NCBI RefSeq assembly: GCF_964194025.1
Contig: NC_134482.1
Location: 13,826,001-13,890,000 of the forward strand
From: Convolutriloba macropyga
Lineage: Eukaryota
Length of the DNA: 64,000 nt
Direction: 5' to 3'
Shown here: piece by piece, positions 1 through 11,712 of the stretch
Layout of the letters: each line of letters opens with the position of its first letter
Position numbering within the stretch: position 1 is the first letter of the stretch
Position numbers and translations under genes: made by a program
The notes under the pieces: generated by a model
What the model was told of the DNA's origin: nothing
Database searches by the model: none
Seen by the model: the letters and a program-made list of their open reading frames with translations, nothing else

Positions 1-120
1 AACGTTGCCATTGATCACATTGAGCAAACACTCACAGAGAAACTTTATAAAGCTATTTGGTGCTTGTTTGAGGAACTTTCTGAAAGTGCTCTCGGGCAGC
101 TCGAGCATATGCTTTAGCAT
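1..120 (-). CDS. Polinton conserved small protein following the ATPase (partial, runs off window)
   Basis: Minus-strand frame from ATG at 120 reads MLKHMLELPESTFRKFLKQAPNSFIKFLCECLLNVINGNV. The 'CEC..N...GNV' motif recurs in Maverick core-like proteins. Not in the ORF track. Confidence 0.6.
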   Translation of the reverse strand, partial: MLKHMLELPESTFRKFLKQAPNSFIKFLCECLLNVINGNV

Positions 121-784
121 ACATAACTCTTTCTCTCTCATCTGTCAAAGTAGTGATAACCGCTTTGGAGGACGGTAGATAAAAAATTTTTGGACCTGGT
201 TGTACAATATTTGAACAATAACGCAAGGAGTCTGATGTTTTTGGATCTAAGTCAATGAGTAAGTGTCCAAAGGGTTGTTTTGTTGCAAGTTCATAGCTTT
301 CCTTCAAAAAATTTGTATTGTTCAACTGTTTTCCGACATAGGTGATCTGCTGTATGTCTCTAGGTGATTTGAACAAAATGATATGGGTTGTGTTCAGATC
401 AATCGTTCGCGACCATTTACTCTGTTGAAATAAGTTATGCTTAACATAAATTACACTAATATTTCTATGGCGTCCCGCAGTTGCAAGTTTTGAAAATTCT
501 TTGTCATTGAAAATTTCTTCACACGAATCGTCAAACACAAGCAGACAATTTTCCAGCTGAGAAATGAATTCGAATCCAGAAAATTTAGTGAAAAAAATGT
601 TCACTTTACGCTCTATTGTGCTGAACTTTGGCTGCTCGTGTTGATAGAAAAAGTAAATAGAACTAAAGGTTGGATAGAAAGTGTTTCTCAGTAACATTTG
701 GAAAATAAGTTCTGTTTTTCCAGAACACGACGGACCACAAACAGCCATAAAAAGCCTATCGCTAGTGGATATTATTTTGTTCAT
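53..784 (-). CDS. Polinton/Maverick DNA-packaging ATPase (FtsK/HerA, A32-like)
   Basis: Walker A GPSCSGKT, Walker B LLVFDD, GRHRNISVIYVKHNLF and SRTIDLNTTHIILFKSPRD motifs. Likely start MNKII at 784, overlapping the upstream stop (ATGA). Confidence 0.92.
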   Translation of the reverse strand: MNKIISTSDRLFMAVCGPSCSGKTELIFQMLLRNTFYPTFSSIYFFYQHEQPKFSTIERKVNIFFTKFSGFEFISQLENCLLVFDDSCEEIFNDKEFSKLATAGRHRNISVIYVKHNLFQQSKWSRTIDLNTTHIILFKSPRDIQQITYVGKQLNNTNFLKESYELATKQPFGHLLIDLDPKTSDSLRYCSNIVQPGPKIFYLPSSKAVITTLTDERERVMYAKAYARAAREHFQKVPQTSTK

Positions 785-1061
785 AGCTTTGGATTTGGAA
801 GAGCGTAGCCAACTGTGCACGAAAGCAATGAAAACAAAATGTTGATTCCTCACAATCAAGTTGGGAAAACACAAGCTTGGTTAAAGACACTACAATAAGA
901 AAAAGTATTATCAAAATTTGAGTAAAATAGACGACTTCGGAACGTGGTAGCCGAGAATTAAAAAACTTCCACGAACGCCTCTCATGATTTTCCTCATCAA
1001 AAACTAAAGCATTCAAACCCCCTACATTAGCGGAGTCTATCTGGTCTTCTTTAACACTCAT
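781..1061 (-). pseudogene. Small membrane protein upstream of Polinton ATPase, with a 1-bp frameshift near 838
   Basis: TM helix VVYFTQILIILFLIVVSL. A shifted frame continues FSLLSCTVGYALPNPKL*, with its stop overlapping the ATPase ATG. Confidence 0.6.
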
Positions 1062-1109
1062 TTGAAAATAAGTTATTTGCAAAAATGAATCTACACTCTG
1101 TTTTTTAGT

Positions 1110-1391
1110 TTAAATTGCATTTTTGTTAGTCTCTCTTTCAATCCAAAAGAATTCATAAATAGTATATCTAGAGTCTTTGTCGTCTTTTTTGTAAGTCACT
1201 TTATAGTTTGCCTGCATTCCGTAACCACTTCCATAGTAGACAATAGACTCTACGTTGCCTTCACTGACCAACATTTTAATTTCATCAGGGAGATTGTCAT
1301 CGTCCAGAGGTACTTGAACTGGTGCTGGCCACTTGGGCGTAGGTAAAGGGGTTAGTTTCAGTTTTCTCATTTTCTGTTGTAACGACATGAT
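1110..1391 (-). CDS. Polinton accessory hypothetical protein
   Basis: Open 93-aa frame from MSLQQK within the packed gene block; overlaps its neighbour. Confidence 0.45.
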   Translation of the reverse strand: MMSLQQKMRKLKLTPLPTPKWPAPVQVPLDDDNLPDEIKMLVSEGNVESIVYYGSGYGMQANYKVTYKKDDKDSRYTIYEFFWIERETNKNAI

Positions 1392-1626
1392 ACATTTGAA
1401 AATACTCAAGTAATGAAAGATATTTCTTCAGCGTCTCAATTTCCTTAGTGTTGCAGAGAATCTGTTGTTTTCGCAGAATATTCTGTCCCCGTGATTCTAT
1501 TTTCTCTTCTTTTAAAAAAGTCAATGTGAACTGATTATCATTCGTTATGTAACTGCATACTGTCAAACTTGGAGATAAATTCACTTGAAGAACTGACGGA
1601 GCTGCCTTCTCCACTCGACGGCTCAT
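1297..1626 (-). CDS. Polinton accessory hypothetical protein
   Basis: Open frame from MSRRVEK in the packed block; no family recognised. Confidence 0.4.
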   Translation of the reverse strand: MSRRVEKAAPSVLQVNLSPSLTVCSYITNDNQFTLTFLKEEKIESRGQNILRKQQILCNTKEIETLKKYLSLLEYFQMYHVVTTENEKTETNPFTYAQVASTSSSTSGR

Positions 1627-2131
1627 TGGATGGCAGAGAGATCCAATAGAAATACATCTGTGCTTTCCTTTTAGCACAATGTTTCCTCTTTTGCTTTTCC
1701 GGTAGGTAGAAAGAGTGGAGAACACAAGTAATATTATCAATTGGAGATTTAATATCTTCAACTTCCGGACATAGAAGAGGTTCCAAATCTATTACCTCTT
1801 TCTGCAAGAGAGTTTGGAGTGATTCTGTTTTCTCTTTCTCTTTGGCATAGAATTTCCCTAACGGAAACCGAAGTTTAATGGCGACAAAAATTTGTGATAG
1901 AAACCAATAAGGATAAGTACCGCTGTTCCAAGACAAATCATGTAAAAATTTAGTAACCCACTTATGAGATCTCCTGTCACTAGCGGAAAGTGAGTTGTAG
2001 GAAATCGGCGGAAGAAAAAGAATTGTGTCCGAATAATTATTTGAACAAAGCGATAACTCTTTTATTATAAAACCAGTTTTCTTGTAACGAAAACCTTCAA
2101 AATCCAATATCACTATTTCTTGTTTCAGCAT
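1538..2131 (-). CDS. DEDD/RNase H-like fold nuclease-like protein of Polinton
   Basis: N-terminal VILDFEGF...FIIKELS, then H.LSW..G..PY, VIDLE...CP and a C-terminal C..H...HCA cluster, a pattern seen in Maverick/large DNA virus accessory proteins. Confidence 0.6.
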   Translation of the reverse strand: MLKQEIVILDFEGFRYKKTGFIIKELSLCSNNYSDTILFLPPISYNSLSASDRRSHKWVTKFLHDLSWNSGTYPYWFLSQIFVAIKLRFPLGKFYAKEKEKTESLQTLLQKEVIDLEPLLCPEVEDIKSPIDNITCVLHSFYLPEKQKRKHCAKRKAQMYFYWISLPSNEPSSGEGSSVSSSSEFISKFDSMQLHNE

Positions 2132-2541
2132 TCCAACAAAGTGAACAAATTGTTTTTGAACGTCTTCACAAACAAACAAAAAGCCAATCCCGTGATGTGA
2201 CCCAAATACTCGTTCGTAATTGGACAAGGTAACACATAGGAGTATCCAGGGCCTTTACGACTGTACTCTGCTATAAAACCTGATGCATCGTGGAGTATTG
2301 CATGAAGTCGAAGTATTTTGGACGATTTGAAGTAGTTGTCCAGCGACGAATTATCAATTCCAATTAAACCTCCATACGGTCTCAGCTTCAATGTTGCCTC
2401 GAAATCAATATCAGGGTCAAGGTATTGGCAAGCAGCTAGAAAATACAGAAACCTTTCACCGTATTTTGGATAATTGTTCTTTATCTCCAGGTAAACTTCA
2501 TGATTTTTTTTTAGATCAATGGTTGCTATCGTTTTGGCCAT
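2125..2541 (-). CDS. Polinton accessory protein with HxxLHD motif (possible phospholipase A2-like)
   Basis: LRLHAILHDASGF...GPGYSY; last gene before the terminal repeat region. Confidence 0.5.
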   Translation of the reverse strand: MAKTIATIDLKKNHEVYLEIKNNYPKYGERFLYFLAACQYLDPDIDFEATLKLRPYGGLIGIDNSSLDNYFKSSKILRLHAILHDASGFIAEYSRKGPGYSYVLPCPITNEYLGHITGLAFCLFVKTFKNNLFTLLEC

Positions 2542-2599
2542 CCTTTTCAACAAATATTATTCTGGCAAAATGAATCCTAATCGTACCTCATAGGATTGA

Positions 2600-2894
2600 C
2601 CACTCCCAACCAAAGTATATTCACACAAATACATGTAGCGAAAATACCGCTAACATGAAGGATCTTCCCTCACACTCGCGAAGTATATATACCAACAATA
2701 AGCCGCCAGACAGATACATGTAGCGCAATTACCACTTTCTTAACATAAAAGATCTCCCCTAAGGTGTTAGTGATCCCCCTCTGCCGAAAGGATCTCGAAG
2801 GATCTCCCCTAAGGGATCAGTGATCCCCCTCTGTCGAACGGATCTCCAAAGGATCTCCCCCCCCCCGATCTTCCTGTATATATACGATACTACT
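2600..2894. repeat. Polinton terminal inverted repeat region (right end) with internal short tandem repeats
   Basis: Repeats of tacatgtagcg, taacat..aggatct and gatctcccctaagg...agtgatccccctctg; ends in ACTACT. The left partner is outside the window. Confidence 0.65.
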
Positions 2895-3089
2895 CACAAA
2901 CAAGCACACACAAAACAACCAAAGATTCACGCAGCACATAAACACAGACAGATCTAAAGAAAGATGGTCAGAGCGAGAGTCGGAGTGCACTCACACACAA
3001 ACACGCTCCAAACACACACACACACACAAACCCACACACAAACATAGACACGCAGCACATAAATAGAAACAGACGTAAAGAGAAAGAGC

Positions 3090-3146
<57 letters not shown>

Positions 3147-3563
3147 GATCAAGACTATGCAAGAGGCTCTATAGCGATCTCTCAAACGCATTAGACGATG
3201 ATATGAAATTTGCTACTTTTAGAGTTTTAATTCAGACCCAAATTGACGAAACTATCCCGTATATGTATTTTGATTTTTTGGAACTTCGCACACACGAGCG
3301 CAATCACCCAGACACGCTCAAGCACCCAAGCACTCAAGCAAACACCCATATCAACAAAGGCATTCGTAGTTACACACAGAACTCGAAAACACGCACGCAC
3401 ACAAACGCACACTTACATATACATGTACACAAAGAAACACACACAGAGATACACAAACGACAAACACACACAAGCAAGCAAGCACTCACGCACACACCAA
3501 CACAAAAAAAAACTTACAAAAAATTCACGCAGCACATAAACACAGACAGACGTAAAGAGAGAT

Positions 3564-3612
<49 letters not shown>

Positions 3613-4260
3613 TCAAAACTATGAGAAAGGCTCCAAATTGATCTCTGAAACGCATCAGATGCTGAAATTTGCTAATTTTGTAAATTTCATTCAGACCGGA
3701 ATTGGTGAATTTGTCTCCTAAATCTATTTTGAACTGGATTAATTTCACACACACACACTCACACACACACTTGTACACACAGAAACACAAACACACACAA
3801 ACAAAAAGAGAAATGCACGCAAGCACTCCCGCTGAAACCAACATCCACAATGAAATCCGAAACTAAAAGCCGAAAATTGACTTAAGAACACTTGAAGAGA
3901 GATAGCTAGCGATGGAGACAGGGTCAGAGATGAAAACTGTGCAAGAGTTTCTATATCAATCTCAGAAACGCAGCAGATGCTGAGATTAAATTAGCCAATT
4001 TGACATCTTTGGCCGGAAATAGGTAAAGTTTTCAGTCAAATAATTTATGAGTAGAAACAATTTCACACACGTACGCATACACGCAAACACACACAGGTAC
4101 TCAAGCACTTACGCACACACCAATACACACAAATACATGGATAGTTGCATGCCAAACATAGTGACAGATACAAGTAAACATAGATAGCCAGGGAAAGAGA
4201 AGTGACATTTATGCGAGAAATTCTAAATCGAACTCTGGAACGCATCAGCTGGCGAGATGA
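2895..4260. repeat. Complex CA/GA microsatellite-containing satellite-like repeat
   Basis: (GA)n at 3091-3141 and 3569-3603, (CA)n tracts, and a recurring unit cacgcagcacataaacacagacaga...(GA)n gagatcaa.actatg...aaacgca.cagatg. Confidence 0.85.
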
Positions 4261-5859
4261 ACTTTTCTACTTTAATACTTTCATTCAGTGCAAGCTTGAG
4301 GAAATTATCCCTTAAAGTTCACTCGAATTGCACTGCTTATTTTCAATCCTGCAAATACAAACCGTTTACTGTTAGCCCAACCACATTCTCGTTACTTAGA
4401 AATTGGAAACATCAATATCCCTTCTTTCCCTGGCCACCAAATTCAAAACTTGCACAAGCTAATCCTAGCTATTTTCATTAAATTTTTATTGTTTCTTCCA
4501 TGCGAATAACTATTTGTATAATGGAAAAGACGAATCTGAAGCTGACATGAAAATAAGACAAACTGAAAAAACTAGCTAATTGACGATCTGATAGACTAGC
4601 TGATATGAGATCTTAAAAAGCTAGCTGATAGGGTCACAACTTTAGCCCAAAAAGTGTTAATGATAAGCTCCACCAGGTAAAAGCTTTGTAAGCACTCAAT
4701 TTCTAAATGAGCTATTTCTGCCCTCTACTCAAAAAGGACGAACTCTACTAAAAAACTTTTCGCTCAAAAAATCAAAATCAAAATAAATGGAACCAAAACT
4801 TAAAGATGAGATACATCTTAGTGACAAAATCCTTAAAAACGTTCTTTGTGATAACGTCCTTTTTAGATTTTAAGATTCAGAGTTACGAAAGGAATAAAAC
4901 TATAATCTGCTATAGTATTGGCAAATGCTATTCTGTTGTTTGTTTTCCCATTTCTCTCTTCTGTTGCAGTGACGTTTAGGTTACATAGAGATAAAGAAGA
5001 ATTCTTTTGTACTGTTCTTTGCTCGCAGTGACCTTAAAGTTACATAGAAGAGTTTAAGAAAAAATAAGTTCCTACCAAATTTTACTTTACTCGCCTTAGC
5101 ATAAAAAGAACGAAAACTGGATTTCTGTGCATTTTATTTGGGTCAAAATTCGCAAAATCAAATTTTGTTTCTTTTGTTGTCAAAAAACATTATGCCAAAG
5201 TTCTGATTGTGCTTGTATCGATAAAAACTGTATCGACGTCCTATTTTGTTATGAGGAAAACGTACTACATATTTGTAAGAACTCCGCTGAAAAAAGGTAC
5301 TGATTCTGATGACATTGAATGTTCTGAAAAAACAGCTTTGAATGAGGTACTCAAAGAGCTTGCAGAAAAATCCTTGAAAGTGGAGTATAATATAGATTAA
5401 ATTAACATATATCGTGGTATCGTTCAAAAGAGATCAAAAGTCTAGTACACCCAAAAAAAATTGGTGGAACCTAAAGCACCTAAACTAATGCTGTTGGAAA
5501 AGCAACGCAAAATGAGCAAGGTGCAAACCGCTCATTTGAAAGAGTTTCAAAACAACAATACAAGTGATCTTTTCAGCCCCTTTTTCTTAAGAGATGTCAG
5601 TTTTCATCTAACAATTTTATACAGACCTACAAAACAAAAATAAGAGAAAGCATACCACTTGTCACCAATGAATTAGCTTATTTGCAATTGTGGATCTCAA
5701 ATGCGAATTTTTTATTTTGTTTAAATTTTGAAAATTAAAATGCGCAACAGAAAAGTCTTGTCTCAGTTCCAAACTGCAATAATTAGATTTTGACGTTCGA
5801 AACTCCAATGACACTGATCTCTCAATTTATGATACAAAATTTTCTGTCAGCCGGATTTC

Positions 5860-6760
5860 ATTAAAAGACAAAAATGTCTCCCAAGGATTTGAAAAGTTCC
5901 CAATAGCCACTATAGTTTTTAGGAAAGATCTGAAACCTATTACCAAAAAAGATAACAATAAGAACAGTAATTTGTTTTATTGAAGTGCCTTTAATCAAAA
6001 GCCCAAAGTTTCAAAAATTTGGACGAAATGAAATGGAAAAATTATGCTTGAGAAAATGTATCAAAAAACTCATAAAGCCGACTACGTTCCTATTCAAATC
6101 AATGATATGCAGGGAATGCTATACCACGTACTGAAGGGTAGCTCAAATAGGACTAATTTTAAGAGACGGAAAAATTCTGATAGACCTTGCTATCAGGTCA
6201 TAAGGTTTTTAAAATCTATAATAATCTAGAGGAAATTGTTTTAAGTGTGTTTTACAAAATTGTAAGACAACTTCTCTGTTATAATCAGTTTGGTTTTTTA
6301 AAAAGACCAATAGGCCACGTTATACTTACTTCTCTTTCTAGACATTGTACAAAAAATTTGACAAAAAGCAGTCAAAGACCTGGGTTTTTTTGACATTTTT
6401 TTACACTGTGCCAGATAATGTTCTGATTCAAAAGCTTCATAACATGGGCATTGATGGAAAACTAGTTTCTTTTATTTGGCTTAACGAGCAAGTCGAAAAC
6501 AACATGCGGAAGTTTACAATGCTGTCAGATTTGCAAGAATTTTGCGGTGGCGTCCCAAAGGTTTCATTACTCAGAACTTTTTTCTTCATAATTTTCATCA
6601 CTAACTTGCCTGAAGAACTAGCTTGAGTACTGTGTTTGATTTGTTGACAAAGTAATACTAATAAGTGCAACGCAGTGTATTACAGACACTGCGACTTCGA
6701 ATTAGTCAACCTGTGTAAACAAAAGCGAAAGAGACGGCGTCTATTGATTACTATCTGCTT
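5860..6760 (+). pseudogene. Decayed non-LTR (CR1/L2-like) reverse transcriptase fragment
   Basis: Frameshifted remnants QFGF, FYTVPDNVLIQKLHNMGIDGKL and GVPKVSLLRTFFFIIFITNLP (equivalent to GVPQGSVLGPLLF..YINDL). Confidence 0.75.
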
Positions 6761-8299
6761 TATCATGGGAAAAAGCAACTCAAAACCAGCCTCTAAGCTT
6801 TATATATTTTTCTCGGAATGATAACTGCTCATTCAAAAAACAAACTGGATCTTGTCTACTTTTTAAAATCAAAAGAAACATTTTTCAAAGATATCCACAG
6901 AATTGAAATCTAAACGCCTTTGTTAATATTGTTGATAATTAAACGATAATTAACTAATAATGTTCATAGGCATGACTCGACAATAAGTCACAAGTGAAGG
7001 AGATAAAAAAATGTACTAAAGAGTGCTACAACCTGGATTTCAAATCTGAAACGGAATTTGAAACAAAACCAACACTTTTAAAATTACACTTTCTAAGACA
7101 TTACAATAAAATACACGACTGATTTCAGCTAATTGTTTCAAAAGAGGGTAATTGTAGCAAACTGATAACATGTTGAAGAAAATATTACCCGTCAAACTAT
7201 CCGAGTAAAATTACACATAAATCAAAATGGATTAGTAAGGACTGACAATACTTTTGTTTTCATTGAACAAAATTTCTTTACAGCTTTTTGGTTAAAATGT
7301 AGCCAAAATATAGAAACTTTATGTATCCCTTTAAGAATTTGCTACACAGAGGAAAACAAAACAAACTGAAGTGGTCTTTAACCCTGAAGATCAAATTGGT
7401 AACCTTTTTCTACTACTATAAGGACTGCTAATATTTACTCTTGAGCTCTGTGTCCGGCACCGCTCTAGTTGTGTTGTTGAAGATTTTATTAATTTTCCGC
7501 TGCATATGATCACTATCGGAAACGGTTGTCTAGCAGGAACTGCAGCACCACCATGATCTGATACTAACTCTGATAACGATAACACCTGAAATCCCAGAAT
7601 TTAGCGTAGATTCTTATTCCAATTTCCCACGCTTGAACTTAAAATAAATCCTAACGATATGACGCTCACAAACGAGGAATCAATTGGTATTGTTGCATGA
7701 TAATATCAGCAACACTATTAGTGAACACCGTAAGAGTTTTCACCGTCGGTGACTTATTGCAATGTTTATCCGGATTCGAAGACCGATTATCTGTTATTTT
7801 TCCCAGTGCTTTGGTTAACCCAACGTCTTTACGAGTCTTAGAACGTTCAACACTTTTGTCATCAACAAAAAGCAAAAACTCATATCACAGAGGAAAAGAA
7901 AAAACCCTGGTACCATCAACAACTCACACAAGTGCGCTCATCAGAAGAAACTAGTTTAGTTTTCTTCGATTTGTACTTGTCAAGAAAAAAAACAACCAAC
8001 ATAACAAGTTGCATTGAAACGTCCAACGAATTGGAGGAGAAGGTCTCAGAAGAGAAACCAACACAAATTGCCCAGGAAACGGCCGTCAAAAAACAAGAAC
8101 CAGAAGAAAAAGAAGTGAAGGTGAATCTACTTTAACTCTTACTAGTCCCCTGCTTTGGTAACTTCATGGAACTTTTCTGCTCCGGTGAAGTCTGGGTGGA
8201 ATGTTTGCCACCAATAACGACTACAAGTATGAGACAAATAAACTCTACCTCTGGACATGAACCAGAAGGATGGATATGTAAAAAATGCCGCAAAACATT

Positions 8300-9912
8300 C
8301 AACAATCAAATTGACAAAGTGATATAGTGCGACCAAAGCACAACGCCATTCTGCTGCAAATGCCTATGCATAACATCTACGGTTCACGAGTACATGACAA
8401 CACGTGCAGTCTTCTGGTATTAAGAAATGTGTGTCCAGGATTTCAAGAGCATCGTAAATGGAGAGAAATTGCAAGAGGTCAAAGAAATAGACGAAATGTC
8501 TAAAGAGCGATCTCATCTGGATTTATTCATTTACTCTGCAATAACTTAATTTACTCAGTAAAAACCTTAATATATTAATTTACTCAGTAAAAACTTCAAC
8601 GAACAAGTTGTACTGTTTTATGAATGGTCTCAGAACAAGAGATAAAAACCACGACACGTTTGAAGCAGAACCAACTGACGCTTGGCCAACAAAGGTGAAA
8701 ATGAAACCAGTGAACGAAATTGTTTAGAGGCCAGAAAGGAACAGAAAAGGAGGAAGAAAACTGGAGAAAGGAAAATATAATCATAATCCTAGCAATGGAA
8801 AAGCAGGATGAGGAAAGTGCAAGGAACACATAAAGCGATCAAAAAATTGTTAAAAATCTGCTAGACATCGAACTTGCCGACTTGGATGTTAAAGGCTGCA
8901 TTAGTTTGGTGAGAAACCGAGAAAAAGACGGTAATGGTAGAAATAAAAGACCACTGGGGAACTAAGAAACGCATAAAGTAACATGAAGGATCTTCGAATC
9001 TCCACAGAGGGAAAACCGAATGAACGAGAAATTGTTCATCAACTTTAACAAAATCCAAATTACAGCACTTAAAATAAAGAATACCTTCAATCAGTGAAAA
9101 GAAATCAATTCTAACTCTGCAAGCGAAAGGAAAACTAGATTCAAAAGAAACTGGTTGACTGGTTTACGATTGGTGGCAGTGAAAGGTGTTTGTCCTAAAA
9201 CTAAAGCGCTTAGCCATCAAACCGTAATTAACCGTAGTAACTGACGTTTACGCACAGAAAAGCGTTTTAGAGTGCAAGGCTCTTTGGCAAAAATTCAGGA
9301 TTTCCATTTAGAACAAAAAAAACATGAAAACTTCGAAAAATGGACGAAAAGTGGGCAGAAAGAATGTGGCAGTAAACTTTAGTAATGATAATCAAAATGT
9401 AGCGTAAGATATATCATGCAGCTTCTCAGAAATGAGTCATTCTCAACTGCAGCTGGCCACTTCTCCTCTGAGTTTTTGCTAGTTAACTAATCTAAGTGGA
9501 AAAACTTCCAATGAAAACGACGCGGAAATCAGTCAAGATTTTAATTACTTTGTAAATCAAGAGAAAAGTTGAGATACAAAGGAAATTGAAAAATGCTAGA
9601 GAAATCATACTTTCTCAGTCAATAAGTCGTCACGAGTGCTTAAAAATATACGAAACAAAATTCAATTAACTAATTGAGGAGAAAGCACCAATATAAAAGA
9701 TGAAGAGATGGAAAACACGCGATTTCACCGCATGCAGAAACTTTGGATACAATAAAGACAAAAACCAGGCCCGGAGAACAAACAAAGTGCGGAAGGTGAA
9801 TTTACTACGTTGCCAACTGATTGAAAGCAACTTTTTTACCAGTGCAATATTGACACAAACAGTTTTTTGAAGTTACGTTAAGCAGAGAACAAAAATATGG
9901 GCGACAATCCCC
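8300..9912 (+). mobile_element. 5' part of decayed CR1-like LINE (possible Cys-rich ORF1 and EN-RT linker)
   Basis: Cys/His cluster at ~8325-8440 resembles an ORF1 PHD finger. A linker-like 'F..YVKQRTKIWATIP' ends exactly at the LTR boundary and the element resumes at 11713. Confidence 0.4.
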
Positions 9913-10929
9913 TGTCTGAAATAACCAGATGCGTTGCGGCTGCTCAAGAATCTCAGCGGAACCTAATCTTCACGGCCTGGTTCTCGAGTTTTACGCCGGC
10001 CTGGTTCTCGAGTTTTACGCCGGCCTGGTTCTTCACTCGGTTCGATTTGACTAACAATCTCGTGGAAGCTATTAGTCGCCCGGTTGTTTTGACGGACTGT
10101 AACTTTAATTTGTGATTGAAGTTAAGAAAATCCTTAGTGATAATCTATGTCCAATCTCGTGCTGAAGTTTGTAAGGCTTCAGCCCAAAGCTAATACTGTT
10201 GCTAACTTCTCGTTAAGTAAGCTCAACTAACTTAAAACTAGCAAGATCTTAAGATCTAGCAAATTTTAGCAAGAAAGACCAAAGTTGTTAAAGAATCAAA
10301 GTTTAGTCAATCTGAGAGCTATCTGCTCTGTATAACAGTTTCTAATGGTTCTAAATACATTTCGGTTTTACTATTCAAGCAATTGGGTTAAAGTAAAAAT
10401 CAAATATTTATCATTTATAACATCATTGCTACTTGTTTCTGATTGGTTGATCAAGAAAATCATTTAGGTCATTGTTTACATAGTAAATGTCAAATTACTG
10501 CAATATTTACTTTTGTTGACATAAGCACTGATGGTACGTACGTAGCACTAAATGACTCAAATGTATGAGATGTGACTTTTAATAGACACCTAAGGGATCA
10601 TAGAATTAACAATTCAAGAATTTTAACAATAAATGACAAAATATCAAAAAATGCACTTTTTGCACCATATAAGTGCTAATAGCCACACTTGTAGGTATGA
10701 TGCAATGATGTTCGTTGGGTCCATTTATAGCTTAGGGGTTATCCTAACCGTGTGCTAGAACCTTGGGTTGCTCAGGGTTTCCCTTCCCAAATCGGGGCTG
10801 GACAAATTTTCGGTCCCAACTTGTAAAATTCTTCAGTTTTGACCTTTTTTAAGATTTCAAGTTTTAGGGTTTTAATTTGATTTCTGTTGGTCTGATGGCT
10901 CATGCTTCTGTTCATTAGTGGCGCCAACA
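9913..10929 (-). repeat. LTR of the BEL/Pao element
   Basis: Starts TGTTGGCGCC right after the PPT (10929). Putative ...ACA end at 9913 where LINE-like sequence resumes. Contains a 24-bp tandem repeat at ~9975-10031. Confidence 0.6.
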
Positions 10930-11712
10930 TCGCCGGCCCTGTTTTTGATCTCGGAAACACCATCATAGAAGACTGGCGCCAATTTCACTACCGGTCTGTT
11001 GATTTCGCCATGTGCCATCTTGACTCTCTCTGATCGTATGACGCCATCGTCGCCTTTGAAGACTTTGATGACTCGTCCCATCTTGTATTCATATCGTTTC
11101 ACTGAATCATATTCCATCCAAACAAGTTCTCCTTCTTTCAGGTTTCGTACATATTCTTTTGACCATTTTTATCTCTGATTCCATTGTGGAAGGTATTCAC
11201 GAGTCCATCTTTTCCAGATCAAGTCGGCATATGCTTGAGCCGTTTTGAAGGCCTTTCTCAGATCACGGTAGTGCTCGCTGGATGGCATAAATGGCGCACT
11301 TGCGTTTTCTCGTCTTAGTGAGAAGTGATTGGGTGTCAGGGCTGTCAGATCCTCTGGGTGGTCAATTACTGCTGTCAGGGGTCTTGCGCTGAGAGTTTTC
11401 TCCACAAGACACGTCGTTGTTCTGGGTGCATCATCTGTAAGGCTTCGGTTGTCCAAGATTGCAGTCATGACCTTTTTGCAACTTTGAACCAATCTTTCCC
11501 AGATTACACCAAAGTGTGGCGCTCCAGGGGGGGGATGAACTTCCAAACGATCTTTCTCTTAGCCAAGTCGATTTCAATCTTAGCTTTGTCCCATTCGTCC
11601 ATAAATGCTTTCAGTTCCTTGGCTGCTCCAACGAAGTTTGTGCCGTTGTGGCTCAAGATGGTACTTGGATAGCCACGTTGTGCGATGAATATTGTCACTG
11701 CAGCTAGACATG
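9913..11712 (-). mobile_element. BEL/Pao LTR retrotransposon, 3' fragment (integrase C-terminal half + PPT + LTR)
   Basis: Frameshifted IN: FIAQRGYPSTILSHNGTNFVGA, WKF.PPGAPHFG.IWERLV, LTPNHF, WKRWTREYLP, GRVIKVFKGDDGVIRS...RPVVKLAP, ending in the BEL-typical PPT AGGGCCGGCGA followed by TGT. Confidence 0.9.

Larger units (their letters stand above)
1..2894 (-). mobile_element. Polinton/Maverick DNA transposon (virus-like), right-terminal part; continues beyond window start
   Basis: Tightly packed or overlapping intronless minus-strand ORFs including a packaging ATPase. GC-richer subterminal short tandem repeats (gatctcccct) at 2660-2870. Ends ...gatACTACT at 2894 (AGTAGT on minus), typical of Polinton termini, then switches abruptly into CA-repeat DNA. 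Confidence 0.85.

Noticed and set aside
2968-4245. Several ORFs rich in SL/CV/HT dipeptides
   Set aside because: Translations of (GA)n and (CA)n microsatellites.
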